Part shown: positions 8,168 through 18,452 of the stretch, piece by piece
How the letters are laid out: each line of letters begins with the position of its first letter
Numbering within the stretch: position 1 is the stretch's first letter
Source of the DNA: an uncultured bacterium
GTDB lineage: Bacteria > Acidobacteriota > UBA890
Reading direction: 5' to 3'
NCBI GenBank assembly: GCA_965371275.1
Contig: CBDUXW010000001.1
Coordinates: forward strand, 1 to 24,171
DNA: 24,171 nucleotides
Translations under genes and position numbers: made by a program
The notes under the pieces: generated by a model
The model's input: the letters and a program-made list of their open reading frames with translations, nothing else
What the model was told of the DNA's origin: nothing
Database searches by the model: none

Positions 8168-9396
8168 GCGACTCGATCCGGCACGCATCTCTGCCTGATG
8201 AAGGCGGGCGCTTCGGCGAGTTCGGCGGTCGCTACGTCCCCGAGACGCTGATCCCGGCGCTGATGGAGCTCGAGGAAGCCCACGCCGAGGCGATGGGCGA
8301 TCCCGAATTCATCGAGCGCTTGGACCTCTTGCTGCGCGACTATGCCGGGCGTCCGACGCCGTTGTTCGCGGCTTCGGGCCTCGCCGCGGAGCTCGGCGGC
8401 GCCGCGATTTGGCTGAAGCGCGAAGACCTTCTCCATACCGGGGCGCATAAGATCAACAACACGATCGGCCAGGCACTACTGGCGCAGCGCATGGGTAAGC
8501 AGCGTGTGATCGCTGAAACCGGCGCCGGCCAACACGGCGTCGCCAGCGCCACGGTTGCCGCGATGTTCGGCCTCGATTGCACGGTGTACATGGGCGAAGA
8601 GGACATGCGCCGCCAGCGTCTCAATGTGTTTCGCATGGAGCTGTTGGGGGCTCGTGTGATGCCGGTGTCCTCGGGCAGTCGTACGCTGAAGGATGCTACC
8701 AACGAGGCCATCCGTGACTGGGTAACGAACGTCGAATCGACCTTCTACATCCTTGGCTCGGTGGTCGGCCCGCACCCTTACCCGGCCCTGGTACGTGACT
8801 TTCAATCGGTCATCGGCCGTGAGGTCAAGGAGCAGTTGGCGGCCGCCGGTGAAACGCCGCCCACATTGCTCCTCGCCTGCGTCGGCGGGGGCAGCAACGC
8901 CATCGGACTGTTCGCCGAGTGGCTCGATGGCGACGTCCGCATGATGGGTGTGGAGGCCGCCGGGCATGGCGTCGACAGTGGCGAACACGCTGCCACCTTG
9001 TGCCGCGGCCGCGTCGGCGTGCTGCACGGAGCGAGCTCGTACTTGTTGCAGGATGCAGACGGGCAAGTGGCGCCGGCGCACTCGATTTCGGCGGGCCTCG
9101 ACTATCCGGGCGTCGGGCCGCAGCACTCCTTCCTGAAGGACTCCGGCCGCGTCGAGTACACGGCGGTTACCGACCGACAGGCTGTCGAAGCGCTGCAGCG
9201 ATTGTCACGCAGCGACGGGATTATCCCGGCGCTGGAGAGCGCGCACGCCATTGCCAAGCTCTACGAGATGGCCGACGCCGGCGAGCTCGGCAGCGACGAC
9301 CGGGTCATCGTCTGTCTCTCGGGTCGCGGCGACAAAGACGTCGAGGCCATCGCCGAGTATCTCGAAACCCACCCCGACCAGGATCTGCGTCGATGA
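8164..9396 (+). CDS. trpB: Tryptophan synthase beta chain
   Basis: [28 protein letters not shown] (PLP Lys), [43 protein letters not shown]. True start is ATG 8164 (ATGA overlap). Confidence 0.97.
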   Translation: MSDSIRHASLPDEGGRFGEFGGRYVPETLIPALMELEEAHAEAMGDPEFIERLDLLLRDYAGRPTPLFAASGLAAELGGAAIWLKREDLLHTGAHKINNTIGQALLAQRMGKQRVIAETGAGQHGVASATVAAMFGLDCTVYMGEEDMRRQRLNVFRMELLGARVMPVSSGSRTLKDATNEAIRDWVTNVESTFYILGSVVGPHPYPALVRDFQSVIGREVKEQLAAAGETPPTLLLACVGGGSNAIGLFAEWLDGDVRMMGVEAAGHGVDSGEHAATLCRGRVGVLHGASSYLLQDADGQVAPAHSISAGLDYPGVGPQHSFLKDSGRVEYTAVTDRQAVEALQRLSRSDGIIPALESAHAIAKLYEMADAGELGSDDRVIVCLSGRGDKDVEAIAEYLETHPDQDLRR

Positions 9397-10256
9397 GCGG
9401 CCGGGCGATCGAACCGGGAGGCGCGCCGCGCATCGAGGCGGCGTTTGCCGCCGGTCGCGCGGCCGCTCGACCGCTCGTGATCCCGTTCATCACGGCCGGT
9501 TTTCCGGCTGCCGATGCCACCGGACCGATCGTCATGGCGATGGCCGCAGCCGGCGCCGACATCGTCGAGATCGGTATGCCCTTTTCCGACCCGTTGGCTG
9601 ACGGCCCGACCATCCAGCGTTCCAGCGAGGTGGCGCTGCGCAATGGCACGACCGTGGCGGGAACACTCGGCGTCGTTGGCGACCTGCGCGCCCGCGGCTT
9701 GAGCACTCCCGTAGTGCTGATGGGATACTTGAATCCACTGCTTGCCTACGGCTTGGAGCGATTTCTAGCCGATGCCGTGGCAGCGGGGGTCGATGGGCTG
9801 ATTGTCCCCGACCTGCCGCCCGACGAGGCGGCTGACTACCTGGAAGGCTGTCGGCAACATGGCTTGTCCGCGACGTTTCTGGTTGCCCCCAACGCTCCCG
9901 ATGACCGCGTCGTGAAGGTCGACGAGGCGTCGACGCATTTCAATTACTGTGTGACCGTTACCGGGGTTACCGGGGCGCGTAGCGACGTCGAGGAGCGGAC
10001 CATAGAATTCCTGCAACGCGTGCGACGGCTGGCGACCAAGCCGTTCGTGGTCGGCTTCGGCATCAAGCGGGGCACCCACGTTACGGCGTTGGGACCCCAC
10101 GCCGACGGTATCGTGGTGGGCAGCGCCGTGATCGATGCGATCGAGGCGGAGGGTGACGATCCGGCCGGCGCGGCGGCGCGCGTACTCGCCCCGCTGTGTG
10201 CTGCGGCGGACGAGCTCGCGGCAGCGAACAACCCGGGCGAGGGAGTACAAACATGA
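9393..10256 (+). CDS. trpA: Tryptophan synthase alpha chain
   Basis: [47 protein letters not shown]. True start is ATG 9393 (ATGA overlap). Confidence 0.96.
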   Translation: MSGRAIEPGGAPRIEAAFAAGRAAARPLVIPFITAGFPAADATGPIVMAMAAAGADIVEIGMPFSDPLADGPTIQRSSEVALRNGTTVAGTLGVVGDLRARGLSTPVVLMGYLNPLLAYGLERFLADAVAAGVDGLIVPDLPPDEAADYLEGCRQHGLSATFLVAPNAPDDRVVKVDEASTHFNYCVTVTGVTGARSDVEERTIEFLQRVRRLATKPFVVGFGIKRGTHVTALGPHADGIVVGSAVIDAIEAEGDDPAGAAARVLAPLCAAADELAAANNPGEGVQT

Positions 10257-10561
10257 GCGATCCGAAACGCCGTGCGCGGAGCACGATCGATGCGGCCCGC
10301 GTGGAAATCGACCGGATCGACCAGGAGGTTGTGCGTCTGCTGAGCGAGCGGGCGACGTGTGTGCAGCGCATCGGCGACGCTAAGCAGATTCTCGGCGATC
10401 CTGTTTATCAGCCGGATCGCGAGGAAAAGATCTTCGAGCGCGTGGTCGCCGCCAATGAGGGGCCCTTCGATGACGGCGCCATCCGGCGTCTCTTCGAGCG
10501 CATCCTCGATGAGGCGCGACGCCTCGAACGAACGGTTCACAAGACCGATGACAAGGGTTGA
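10253..10561 (+). CDS. Monofunctional chorismate mutase (AroQ/type II)
   Basis: [17 protein letters not shown]...IG.AK......YQP.RE...F....FERILDE.R. 102 aa, ATGA overlap with trpA, GGAG SD at 10242-10245. Confidence 0.9.
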   Translation: MSDPKRRARSTIDAARVEIDRIDQEVVRLLSERATCVQRIGDAKQILGDPVYQPDREEKIFERVVAANEGPFDDGAIRRLFERILDEARRLERTVHKTDDKG

Positions 10562-10604
10562 CACGATAACGACAGCCCTCGTGCGGGGGCTGGGAGGAAA
10601 CGGC

Positions 10605-11624
10605 ATGGTCATTGTCATGAAACAGGGCGCCTCGGAGCCCCAGATCGAACACGTCATCCAACGGTTGACGGCGCTGGGCTTCGATGCCCACCGGTCCAGT
10701 GGATCCGAGCGTACGGTCGTTGGTGCGGTGGGCGGCAACGTCGAAGAGGTCGATCCTCGCGAGCTCGAGGTTCTCGAGGGCGTCAAGGAAGTCTTCCGTA
10801 TCAGTAAGCCCTACAAGCTGGTGTCGCGCTCGTTTCGTCCCGAGAACACGACGATTCCGATCAACGGCGCGCGCATCGGCGACAACGCCGTAGTGGTGAT
10901 GGCCGGCCCCTGCTCGATCGAAGGTGAAGAACAGATCCACCAGATCGCCGAGATCGTCGCCAAGGCCGGCGCCAAAGTGTTGCGCGGCGGCGCCTACAAG
11001 CCGCGGACCTCGCCGTACTCGTTCCAGGGGCTGGGCGGCGAAGGGCTCCGCTTCCTGCGAGAGGCCGCCGATGCGCATGGCATGAGCACGGTGTCGGAGG
11101 TCATGGACGCTTCGCAGGTCGAGTTGATGAGCGCCTACGTCGACATCTTCCAGGTCGGCGCCCGCAACATGCAGAACTTCTCGCTGCTCAAGGCTCTGGG
11201 AAAGGTCGACAAGCCGGTGCTGCTGAAGCGCGGGTTGTCGGCGACCGTCGAGGAAATGCTGATGTCGGCGGAGTACATTCTCGCCGGGGGCAACCACAAT
11301 GTGATTTTCTGCGAGCGCGGTATCCGAACGTTCGAGAATGCCCTACGCAACACCTTCGATGTCTCGGCGATTCCGGTGGTGCAACAGGCGACACACCTGC
11401 CGATCATCGCCGATCCGAGCCACGCTACCGGCATTCGTGACAAGGTGGCGCCGGTGGCCCGCGCCGCCGTGGCGGCAGGCGCCGACGGGCTCATTATCGA
11501 GGTTCACCCTGACCCGGAGCAGGCCATGTCGGACGGCCCACAATCTTTGTATCCGGAGCAGTTCGAGGAGCTCATGGAGCAGCTCCGGCACATCGCGCCG
11601 GCGCTGGGGAGATCGATCGCCTAG
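10605..11624 (+). CDS. aroF: DAHP synthase, type I-beta, with N-terminal ferredoxin-like regulatory domain
   Basis: MVIVMK...[10 protein letters not shown] regulatory domain, then [67 protein letters not shown] at 10593-10597. Confidence 0.93.
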   Translation: MVIVMKQGASEPQIEHVIQRLTALGFDAHRSSGSERTVVGAVGGNVEEVDPRELEVLEGVKEVFRISKPYKLVSRSFRPENTTIPINGARIGDNAVVVMAGPCSIEGEEQIHQIAEIVAKAGAKVLRGGAYKPRTSPYSFQGLGGEGLRFLREAADAHGMSTVSEVMDASQVELMSAYVDIFQVGARNMQNFSLLKALGKVDKPVLLKRGLSATVEEMLMSAEYILAGGNHNVIFCERGIRTFENALRNTFDVSAIPVVQQATHLPIIADPSHATGIRDKVAPVARAAVAAGADGLIIEVHPDPEQAMSDGPQSLYPEQFEELMEQLRHIAPALGRSIA

Positions 11625-11627
11625 CCG

Positions 11628-11660
11628 GTTGCTGAAGCGCTACCCGGTGCGCTGGGCAAC
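11628..11660 (+). terminator. Hairpin after aroF (no U-tract; terminator candidate)
   Basis: GTTGC (11628-11632) pairs with GCAAC (11656-11660) and AGCGC (11636-11640) with GCGCT (11649-11653). Confidence 0.35.
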
Positions 11661-11689
11661 TTGACCGACAAGCAGGACCTGGGTAGCCT
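11661..11689 (+). promoter_or_regulatory. Sigma70-type promoter of the bioY-sucCD operon
   Basis: TTGACC (11661-11666), exactly 17 nt, TAGCCT (11684-11689), 54 nt upstream of the bioY ATG. Confidence 0.6.
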
Positions 11690-11743
11690 CGCTCCGAGCC
11701 CCCCGTCGTCTCTTCCACTGCTTGCTGAACCCCTGATTGAACG

Positions 11744-12310
11744 ATGCTGGCTACCGAACGACAGTCGATCGCCGAACGCTTCTCGGTTTCCGTAGCGCTG
11801 ACCAACGTCGCGGTCGCGGTGGCTTTCGCGACGACGATTTTCATTGCCGGTCAGATTCGAATCCCGCTGCCGTTCACCCCGGTTCCGATTACCTTGCAGA
11901 CGCTGGTCGTGTACCTGGGCGCCGCCTGGTTGGGCGCCGGCCGTGGCGCCGCGGGCCCGTTGCTGTTCGCCGTCGCGGCGGCGTCGGGATTGCCGGTGCT
12001 GTCCGGTTTCCAGGCGGGACTCACGGGGGCCACCGCCGGGTACATTCTCGGCTGGATGCTGGCCGCCTACCTGTTGGGCAAGACTCTCGGTGGCAAGCCG
12101 GCCTCGATGCCCAAGACAGTCCTGCTGATGGCGGGCGCCTCGTTGCTCGTCTACACGTGCGGAATGCTGCACTTGGCACTGCTGCTCGAGGTTCCGTTGC
12201 GGCAGGCCCTGTGGATGGGCTTTCTGCCGTTTCTCCCGGGTGACGCCATCAAGATCGGCATCGCGGCGACCGTCTATCATCGCCGGCCCAACCTGCTGTC
12301 GCAGCGTTGA
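11744..12310 (+). CDS. bioY: Biotin transporter BioY (ECF S-component)
   Basis: QIRIPLPFTPVPITLQTL, GLPVLSG, G.TAGYILG, PFLPGD.IK. Confidence 0.92.
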   Translation: MLATERQSIAERFSVSVALTNVAVAVAFATTIFIAGQIRIPLPFTPVPITLQTLVVYLGAAWLGAGRGAAGPLLFAVAAASGLPVLSGFQAGLTGATAGYILGWMLAAYLLGKTLGGKPASMPKTVLLMAGASLLVYTCGMLHLALLLEVPLRQALWMGFLPFLPGDAIKIGIAATVYHRRPNLLSQR

Positions 12311-13476
12311 AGCTTCACGAGTTTCAGTCCAAGGCGCTGTTGCGCCAATTCGGGATCCCCGTACCTGACAGCGCCGTCGCCGACAGCGCCGGCAACGCGG
12401 TCGTTGCCGCAGCAACGCTCGCCGCGCAGGGCTACGAGATCTTCGCGGTCAAGGCGCAGGTGCACGCCGGCGGCCGCGGCAAGGGTGGCGGCATCAAGAT
12501 CGCCAAGACTCCCGAAGAAGCCGGAGAGCTGGCCGACGCGATGCTCGGTACCCGGCTCATCACACCGCAGACCGGCGCCGACGGCGTCGCCGTTCGCCGC
12601 GTGCTGATCGAAGGCGGGGTCGACATCGCCAACGAGCTGTATCTCGGCATCACGCTCGATCGCTCGCGCCGGTGCCCGGTGATCATCGCTTCGTCGGAGG
12701 GCGGAGTGGAGATCGAAGAGGTCGCCGCCCGCACGCCGGAAGCGATCCACAACGAGTGGATCAAGCCGGGCTGGGGGCTGCAGGCGTACGAGGCCTCGCG
12801 GCTGGCGTATCGCCTGAATCTGAGCGGAAAAACGCAGCGCGCCGCTGCGGCGATCGTCCGCAAGCTCGCCACGATGTTTTGTGATCTCGACGCTTCCCTG
12901 GTCGAGATCAACCCGCTGGTGGTGACGGGAGAGGGCGACGTCATTGCATTGGACGCCAAGATCACCATCGACGACAGTGCATTATTCCGGCGACCTGACC
13001 TCGAAAAATTGCGCGATCAGAGCGAGGAGGATGCGCTCGAGGTCGCCGCGGCCGAGCACACCCTCTCGTACATCGCGCTCGACGGAACGGTTGGTTGCAT
13101 GGTCAACGGCGCCGGATTGGCGATGGCGACGATGGACGAAATCCTGCTGGCCGGCGGGACGCCGGCGAACTTTCTCGACGTCGGTGGTGGGGCGTCGGTC
13201 GACCGTGTGGCGGCAGCTTTCAAGATCCTGATGCAAGCGCCGGAGCTCAGCAGCGTGCTGATCAATATCTTCGGGGGCATCGTGCGCGGCGACAGGGTTG
13301 CCAAGGGCATCATCGAGGCGCTGGACCAGATAGAGGTCGATGTGCCGGTGGTCGTGCGCCTGCAGGGCACCAACGCCGCGGAGGGTCGCGCGCTGCTGAA
13401 CGAATCTTCGCTGGAGTTCATCGTTGCCGAGACGCTCGACGAAGCGGCGCGCCAGGCGGTGGAGGCGGGACGATGA
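12307..13476 (+). CDS. sucC: Succinyl-CoA ligase (ADP-forming) beta subunit
   Basis: [67 protein letters not shown] start overlaps the bioY stop (TTGA). Confidence 0.96.
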   Translation: MKLHEFQSKALLRQFGIPVPDSAVADSAGNAVVAAATLAAQGYEIFAVKAQVHAGGRGKGGGIKIAKTPEEAGELADAMLGTRLITPQTGADGVAVRRVLIEGGVDIANELYLGITLDRSRRCPVIIASSEGGVEIEEVAARTPEAIHNEWIKPGWGLQAYEASRLAYRLNLSGKTQRAAAAIVRKLATMFCDLDASLVEINPLVVTGEGDVIALDAKITIDDSALFRRPDLEKLRDQSEEDALEVAAAEHTLSYIALDGTVGCMVNGAGLAMATMDEILLAGGTPANFLDVGGGASVDRVAAAFKILMQAPELSSVLINIFGGIVRGDRVAKGIIEALDQIEVDVPVVVRLQGTNAAEGRALLNESSLEFIVAETLDEAARQAVEAGR

Positions 13477-14369
13477 GCATTCTGGTTCACGCCGACAGCA
13501 AGGTTCTGGTGCAGGGCATCACGGGGACGGAAGGCTCGTTTCACGCCAAGCAGTGCATCGAGTACGGCACGCAGATCGTCGCTGGTGTCACGCCCGGCAA
13601 GGGCGGCCAGAAATTCGAGGATTCCGTGCCGGTGTTCGACACCGTCGAGACGGCGGTGCAAGAAACGGGCGCCGACGTGTCGCTGATCTTCGTGCCGCCG
13701 GCGTTCGCCGCCGACGCGGTGATGGAGGCGGCCGGCGCCGGCCTGCGATTGGCGATATGCATTACCGAGGGCATTCCGGCGCTCGACATGGTCGACACGG
13801 TCGCCTATTGCTGCGATCGGGGCACACGCCTGGTCGGGCCCAACTGCCCGGGCGTGATTTCGCCGGGGCAGTGCAAGGTCGGAATAATGCCCGGTTTCGT
13901 GCACCAAGAGGGTTCTGTGGGCGTGATCTCGCGCAGCGGCACGCTCACCTATGAGGCCGTGGACCAGTTGACGCGCGTCGGTTTGGGCCAGTCGACCTCC
14001 GTAGGAATCGGGGGCGATCCCGTTATCGGTACGACGTTCAAGGATTGCCTCGAGATGTTTGCCGAGGACGAGCAAACCAAGGGGGTCGTATTGATCGGCG
14101 AAATCGGCGGAACGGTGGAAGAAGAGGCGGCGGCCTATCTGGCCGACGACTATCCGTTGCCCGTCGTCGCATTCATCGCCGGGCGCACGGCGCCGCCGGG
14201 CAAGCGCATGGGTCACGCCGGTGCCATCATTGCCGGCGGCAAAGGCACCGCCGACGAGAAGATGAAAGTGCTCTCCGCGGCGGGAGCCACGGTGGTCGAG
14301 AGCCCGGCGGTAATCGGCACGACGATGCGCGACATTCTCGGCACCGGCGCGGGTTCGGATACCGGGTGA
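13473..14369 (+). CDS. sucD: Succinyl-CoA ligase alpha subunit
   Basis: [56 protein letters not shown] (phospho-His). True start is ATG 13473. Confidence 0.96.
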   Translation: MSILVHADSKVLVQGITGTEGSFHAKQCIEYGTQIVAGVTPGKGGQKFEDSVPVFDTVETAVQETGADVSLIFVPPAFAADAVMEAAGAGLRLAICITEGIPALDMVDTVAYCCDRGTRLVGPNCPGVISPGQCKVGIMPGFVHQEGSVGVISRSGTLTYEAVDQLTRVGLGQSTSVGIGGDPVIGTTFKDCLEMFAEDEQTKGVVLIGEIGGTVEEEAAAYLADDYPLPVVAFIAGRTAPPGKRMGHAGAIIAGGKGTADEKMKVLSAAGATVVESPAVIGTTMRDILGTGAGSDTG

Positions 14370-15604
14370 GCGACAGGGCGGGCGACCAGGGCCGTAACCG
14401 GCACTTCGACACCCGCGCCGTGCGCGCCGGCAAGGATATTGAGCTCGCTGCCGGCACTCCGACCTCCACGCCGATCTACGCGAGCTCGGCGTTCGAGCAG
14501 GACAGCGCCGATGCGGTCGACCAGGTCTTCGCGGGCGAGCGCAGCGGCTACGTGTATGGCCGCTACAACAACCCGACGGTAGATGTGCTCGAGGCGGCTA
14601 TCGTCGAACTGGAGGGAGCCGAGAGTGCGGCGGCGTATTCGTCCGGCATGGCGGCTATCGGCGGAGCGTTTGCCGCCCTCGAACTGCCGCGAGGCGCCAA
14701 GATCCTGACGGCCCGCGACCTGTACGGCACGACGATCACCTGGCTGGAGCGAGAAGCCGAGCGTAACGACTGGCAGATTGTGTACGTCGACTTTGCCGAC
14801 CGTTCGTTCACTTCGAAAGCGGTGCGCGACGAGGCGCCGGCGGCTGTGTATTGCGAGTCTTTGTCGAATCCGCTGACCCAACTCGTCGACCTCGGCTCGT
14901 TGGGCCCGGCGTGCCGTGACGCCCGCGTGCCGTTGATCGTCGACGCCACGTACACTCCGCCCTGCCTGTTGCGGCCCATTGAGCATGGGGTGACGCTGGT
15001 GGCACATTCGGCTACCAAGTTTCTCGGTGGTCACGGCGACGTCATCGCCGGAGTCCTGTCCGGCTCCGGTGAGCTCATCGAGGCTGCCAAAGCACGGCGC
15101 AAGCTCGACGGCACGATCACGGATCCGTTTACCGCCTGGTTGGTACTACGCGGCATACGCACGTTGTCGCTGCGTGTCGAGCGCCAGTGCACCAACGCGC
15201 AACAGGTCGCCGCGCATCTGCACACGCACCACACGGTCGAGCAGGTTCACTACCCGGGAGTCGGGCGCCGCGACAACCCGCGCGAGAAAAGCACGCTCGA
15301 CCGCCTCTTTCCCCACGGCCACTACGGCTCCATGCTCGCCTTCGAAATCGCCGACGCAACCGGTGCCACGACGCGCCGTTTCCTCGACGCCCTCGAACTA
15401 TGGCGGCCGGCGACGACACTCGGCGATTTGGAGAGCCTGGCGCTGATTCCGGCGATGACGTCGCATCGGCAGCTATCCGCTGAGCGCCGCAGCTACATGG
15501 GAATCACCGAGAGCTTGGTTCGTCTCTCCGTCGGCATCGAAAATGCCGACGACCTGATTGACGACCTGGACCGGGCGCTCGAAACCGCGGCCGGCGAACG
15601 CTAA
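14366..15604 (+). CDS. Cys/Met metabolism PLP-dependent enzyme (cystathionine gamma-synthase/lyase, methionine gamma-lyase or acylhomoserine sulfhydrylase family)
   Basis: [34 protein letters not shown] (PLP Lys), [18 protein letters not shown] start overlaps the sucD stop (GTGA). Confidence 0.88.
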   Translation: MSDRAGDQGRNRHFDTRAVRAGKDIELAAGTPTSTPIYASSAFEQDSADAVDQVFAGERSGYVYGRYNNPTVDVLEAAIVELEGAESAAAYSSGMAAIGGAFAALELPRGAKILTARDLYGTTITWLEREAERNDWQIVYVDFADRSFTSKAVRDEAPAAVYCESLSNPLTQLVDLGSLGPACRDARVPLIVDATYTPPCLLRPIEHGVTLVAHSATKFLGGHGDVIAGVLSGSGELIEAAKARRKLDGTITDPFTAWLVLRGIRTLSLRVERQCTNAQQVAAHLHTHHTVEQVHYPGVGRRDNPREKSTLDRLFPHGHYGSMLAFEIADATGATTRRFLDALELWRPATTLGDLESLALIPAMTSHRQLSAERRSYMGITESLVRLSVGIENADDLIDDLDRALETAAGER

Positions 15605-15681
15605 CCCGACCTTCGCGGCGGGCCGTCGCGCCCGCGCCCCGGTGACAAGCGCGAGCTGCACGGGCCGACGGGCAGCGGATG

Positions 15682-17880
15682 TCAGTGTGACTCGAGAGCT
15701 TGCTGGATCTCCGGGGCAGGCGGCCGCTGTTGCTTGTCGTCGTCCGCGATCACGCGGAGAAAGGCGTCTACGACTTCGGGGTCGAAGTGGCTGCCGCTGG
15801 ATTCGATGATCGTTTCGATCACGGTCTCGACCGGGAATCCGTCGCGATAGGGGCGATCGGAAACCATCGCGTCGTAGACGTCGGCGACCGCGAAAATTCG
15901 GGCATAGAAATGGATCTTCTTCTGGGCCAAGCCGTCGGGATACCCTGTCCCGTCCCATTTTTCGTGGTGTTGTCGAACAATCGGGATGACGTCGGCGTAT
16001 GCAGCGATCGGCTGCAGGATGTTGGCGCCGATTACGGGGTGCTCCTGCATGAGCTGGTATTCCTCCCGAGTGAGCTTGCCCGGTTTGTCGAGGATCACCG
16101 CCGGCACGCCGATCTTGCCGATATCGTGGAGCAAGCCGCCGCGGTGCAGGACGTCGATTTCCTCGGCGGCGAGCTTCAACTCGTCGCCGATCCGGATACC
16201 CATGCTGGTGACCCGCTCGGAGTGACCGGCGGTCCACGGTGACTTGGCATCAACAGCGCGGGCCAATGCCGTCAGCGTGCCCCAGTTGAGCGCGTCGAGC
16301 TCCTCCACGAGATGCGTGTTCGCCAGGGCTACGGCGACCTGATCGGTGAGCTGCCGAACCTGTTCGAGGTCGTCGTCGTGATGGGTCGGCGGCAAGATGA
16401 ATCCGAGAGCGATAGCGCCCGACGCCTCGCCGCTGATGAACATCGGCAACACGACGAAGCTCTTGCAACCGGTGCGCGCCATCGGCGCCACGAACGACGG
16501 AATCCCTTCACCCGACTCGATCGTCGAATGCTCCGGGTAGCGGCTGAAGCGACGAAGGTCGGCTTGGCTGAAGAACGTCGTTTCGACCGAAGAGCGAAAC
16601 TTGGCGCCTGGCGGAAGGGTGTACGTGCGCGGCACTTTTTGCTGGTCCGGAGACATCAGCGTCACGCTCACGGCGTCGCAGGGGACCAGGTCGGACATGC
16701 GAAACAGAACGGTCTCGACGATCTCTTCGATGTTGAGGCTCGACAAGATGGTGCGGTCGATGTCGGCGATGGCCGCCAGCGCCGTGAACTGTTTGTCGAG
16801 ACGACTCGCCATGTGGTTGAACGAGTCGGCGAGCTCCTCGAACTCGTCGCCGCTGTCGATCTCGACGGTGACGTCGAATTCGCGCTCGGCGATGCGCCGC
16901 GTGCCTTCGTGGAGACGTTCGAGCGGCACCAAGCTGCGGCGGATCTGCTGGATGCTGAGCAACGCCACCAGCCACAGTGACAGCAAAATCACCATGGGGA
17001 AGGCGCGCCGGAAGGCATCCATCGGCGCCAGCAAGTCGGCCTTCTGTTCGCTCAAAACAATCGTCCACTGCGGAACGACGAATTGAAACGCGAGCGGCAA
17101 GGCCCAGCGGCTGGCGAGGTATTCGTCGCCCTCGATCTCCCATTCGAAGTTCCCGGAATTGCCGGCGGCGATCTCTGCTTGAACGGCCGGGGGCACGACG
17201 CCGTCTGCCGGGCGCGTGCAAAATAGAGTTTGGTTACGGTCGTCGAAAACGCAGAGTTCCATGTTGCGCGGCAACGTGTCGGCGCCGCCGGCCCAGACGT
17301 AGCGGGAATCGACGTGCCCGACGAGCAGCCGGCCGGGGTTGTCGGGGTCAGGCTGCTGAACGAGCACAATGAAGGGAGCTTCTCCCTCGCGGATCCGGGT
17401 CCACAGCACGGTGCCGCCGCCGGCAAGGTGGGCCACATCGGCGGCGCTGAATTCGGGAACCGGCGCCGCTTCCGCGCCCCTCAGCAGCATCGTCGCATCC
17501 CCTTCTACGGCCGCAACGCTCGTGAAGCGAACGGCCGTGACCCAGTCGAAGGTCGACGAGTCGGCCACCTCTTGTGTCTCCGCCTCCGTCGGGGGGAGCT
17601 CGCCAACGAGGCGCAACTCTGCTTCGAGCAACAGGAGACGCTCCGCGATGCCTTGCCCGGTTGCCCGCACCGCGGCGTCGAGCCGCTGCTCGCCGTGCTC
17701 GTACAGTTGGTCGCTGACGCGACTGAAGGAGTACACAGCGAGCACCGTGATCGGCAACAGGGCGCACACGATGAACAGCAAGAATATGCGGCGCGCGACC
17801 TTGCTGGTCAGCAGGTTCCAGCGCGCCGCCGATTGCGGTTTTGGCTGATCGACCTCCGGGTCGTCGTCGTGGTCGTGCAT
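15682..17880 (-). CDS. Membrane-anchored HD-GYP c-di-GMP phosphodiesterase (TM-periplasmic Cache-like-TM-HAMP-GAF-HD-GYP)
   Basis: TM1 IFLLFIVCALLPITVLAVYSF, about 240-aa extracytoplasmic region, TM2, HAMP (PLERL...DEFEELADSFNHM), GAF-like region, then GHSERV, LHDIGKIG, HPVIG, HHEKWDGTGYP, VADVYDAM..DRPY, HFDP. Confidence 0.9.
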   Translation of the reverse strand: MHDHDDDPEVDQPKPQSAARWNLLTSKVARRIFLLFIVCALLPITVLAVYSFSRVSDQLYEHGEQRLDAAVRATGQGIAERLLLLEAELRLVGELPPTEAETQEVADSSTFDWVTAVRFTSVAAVEGDATMLLRGAEAAPVPEFSAADVAHLAGGGTVLWTRIREGEAPFIVLVQQPDPDNPGRLLVGHVDSRYVWAGGADTLPRNMELCVFDDRNQTLFCTRPADGVVPPAVQAEIAAGNSGNFEWEIEGDEYLASRWALPLAFQFVVPQWTIVLSEQKADLLAPMDAFRRAFPMVILLSLWLVALLSIQQIRRSLVPLERLHEGTRRIAEREFDVTVEIDSGDEFEELADSFNHMASRLDKQFTALAAIADIDRTILSSLNIEEIVETVLFRMSDLVPCDAVSVTLMSPDQQKVPRTYTLPPGAKFRSSVETTFFSQADLRRFSRYPEHSTIESGEGIPSFVAPMARTGCKSFVVLPMFISGEASGAIALGFILPPTHHDDDLEQVRQLTDQVAVALANTHLVEELDALNWGTLTALARAVDAKSPWTAGHSERVTSMGIRIGDELKLAAEEIDVLHRGGLLHDIGKIGVPAVILDKPGKLTREEYQLMQEHPVIGANILQPIAAYADVIPIVRQHHEKWDGTGYPDGLAQKKIHFYARIFAVADVYDAMVSDRPYRDGFPVETVIETIIESSGSHFDPEVVDAFLRVIADDDKQQRPPAPEIQQALESH

Positions 17881-18452
17881 CAGAAGTCTTCGGCGAGCCC
17901 GATGTACATGCCGTTGTTGGCGCGCACGATGTCGTCGAGGCTGTCTTGGGCGGTAAACGCCAGGACCGTGTTGCCGTCTTTACCGGCGCTGTACAGGTCG
18001 AAGTCCGAGTTTACCGGCACCAGGAACCTGTCCTTGCGCCCGCCGCCGCCGCCTTTGCCGCCTTTGCCGCCGCCGGCGGCGACGATAATCGAATAGAAGT
18101 AGGCGTTGCCGTACGGATCCAGCATCGCGCCGCGACCGATCTCGCCCAGGTTGTTGGGATACCGTCCGTTGTCGAACCAGAAGAGGCCGATCTCCGAGCT
18201 CATCGCCGCGATGTCACCGATGGCGCGCGCCACCCGTGCGTTGTCGAGGGCTTCCATGTACTGCGGCAAGGCGATTGCCATGATGGTGCCCAGAATGGCG
18301 ACGATAATCAAAATCTCGATCAGCGAGAAAGCCCGGCTCCACGAGCGTCGCATGTCGCCCAGCAACGGATTGCCGATCCGTGGCTCGAGGCGCGCACGTA
18401 CGGAGGAGCGGCGGGCCTTCGAGATGATCATCGTTCGGGCGCGCCCATTCAT
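17880..18452 (-). CDS. Prepilin-type N-methylation domain protein, GspG-like pseudopilin
   Basis: RA/FSLIEILIIVAILGTIMAIALPQY class III signal (F+1 at 18329, E+5), DPYGNAYFY, FDLYSAGKDG and DDI motifs as in GspG, no Cys pair. Start is ATG 18452 (coupled) or ATG 18353. Confidence 0.85.
   Translation of the reverse strand: MNGRARTMIISKARRSSVRARLEPRIGNPLLGDMRRSWSRAFSLIEILIIVAILGTIMAIALPQYMEALDNARVARAIGDIAAMSSEIGLFWFDNGRYPNNLGEIGRGAMLDPYGNAYFYSIIVAAGGGKGGKGGGGGRKDRFLVPVNSDFDLYSAGKDGNTVLAFTAQDSLDDIVRANNGMYIGLAEDF

Noticed and set aside
10558-10586. Perfect TTGACA overlapping the chorismate mutase stop as an internal aroF promoter
   Set aside because: The sequence 16-18 nt downstream (around GTGCGG) has no -10 resemblance. 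The same applies to TTGACA at the trpE start (3450).
5533-14216. Long antisense ORFs (e.g. 5533-6507, 7181-8188, 10380-11297, 13017-14216 on -; 17230-18096 and 21086-21901 on +)
   Set aside because: They lie opposite well-supported genes, show no family motifs, and are the expected shadow ORFs of GC-rich coding DNA.
4508-14366. Long N-terminal extensions given by the ORF track for trpG, trpB, trpA, aroF, sucD and the PLP enzyme (starts 4508, 7810, 8919, 10359, 13095, 14045)
   Set aside because: The extensions are off-frame readings of the upstream gene. Family N-termini begin at the overlapping ATG/GTG or SD-supported starts, so these are not fusions.
15618-15635. GCGGGC-CGTCGC-GCCCGC stem between the convergent PLP enzyme and HD-GYP genes as a bidirectional terminator
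   Set aside because: Only 6 bp with no U-tract on either side, which is common by chance at this GC content.
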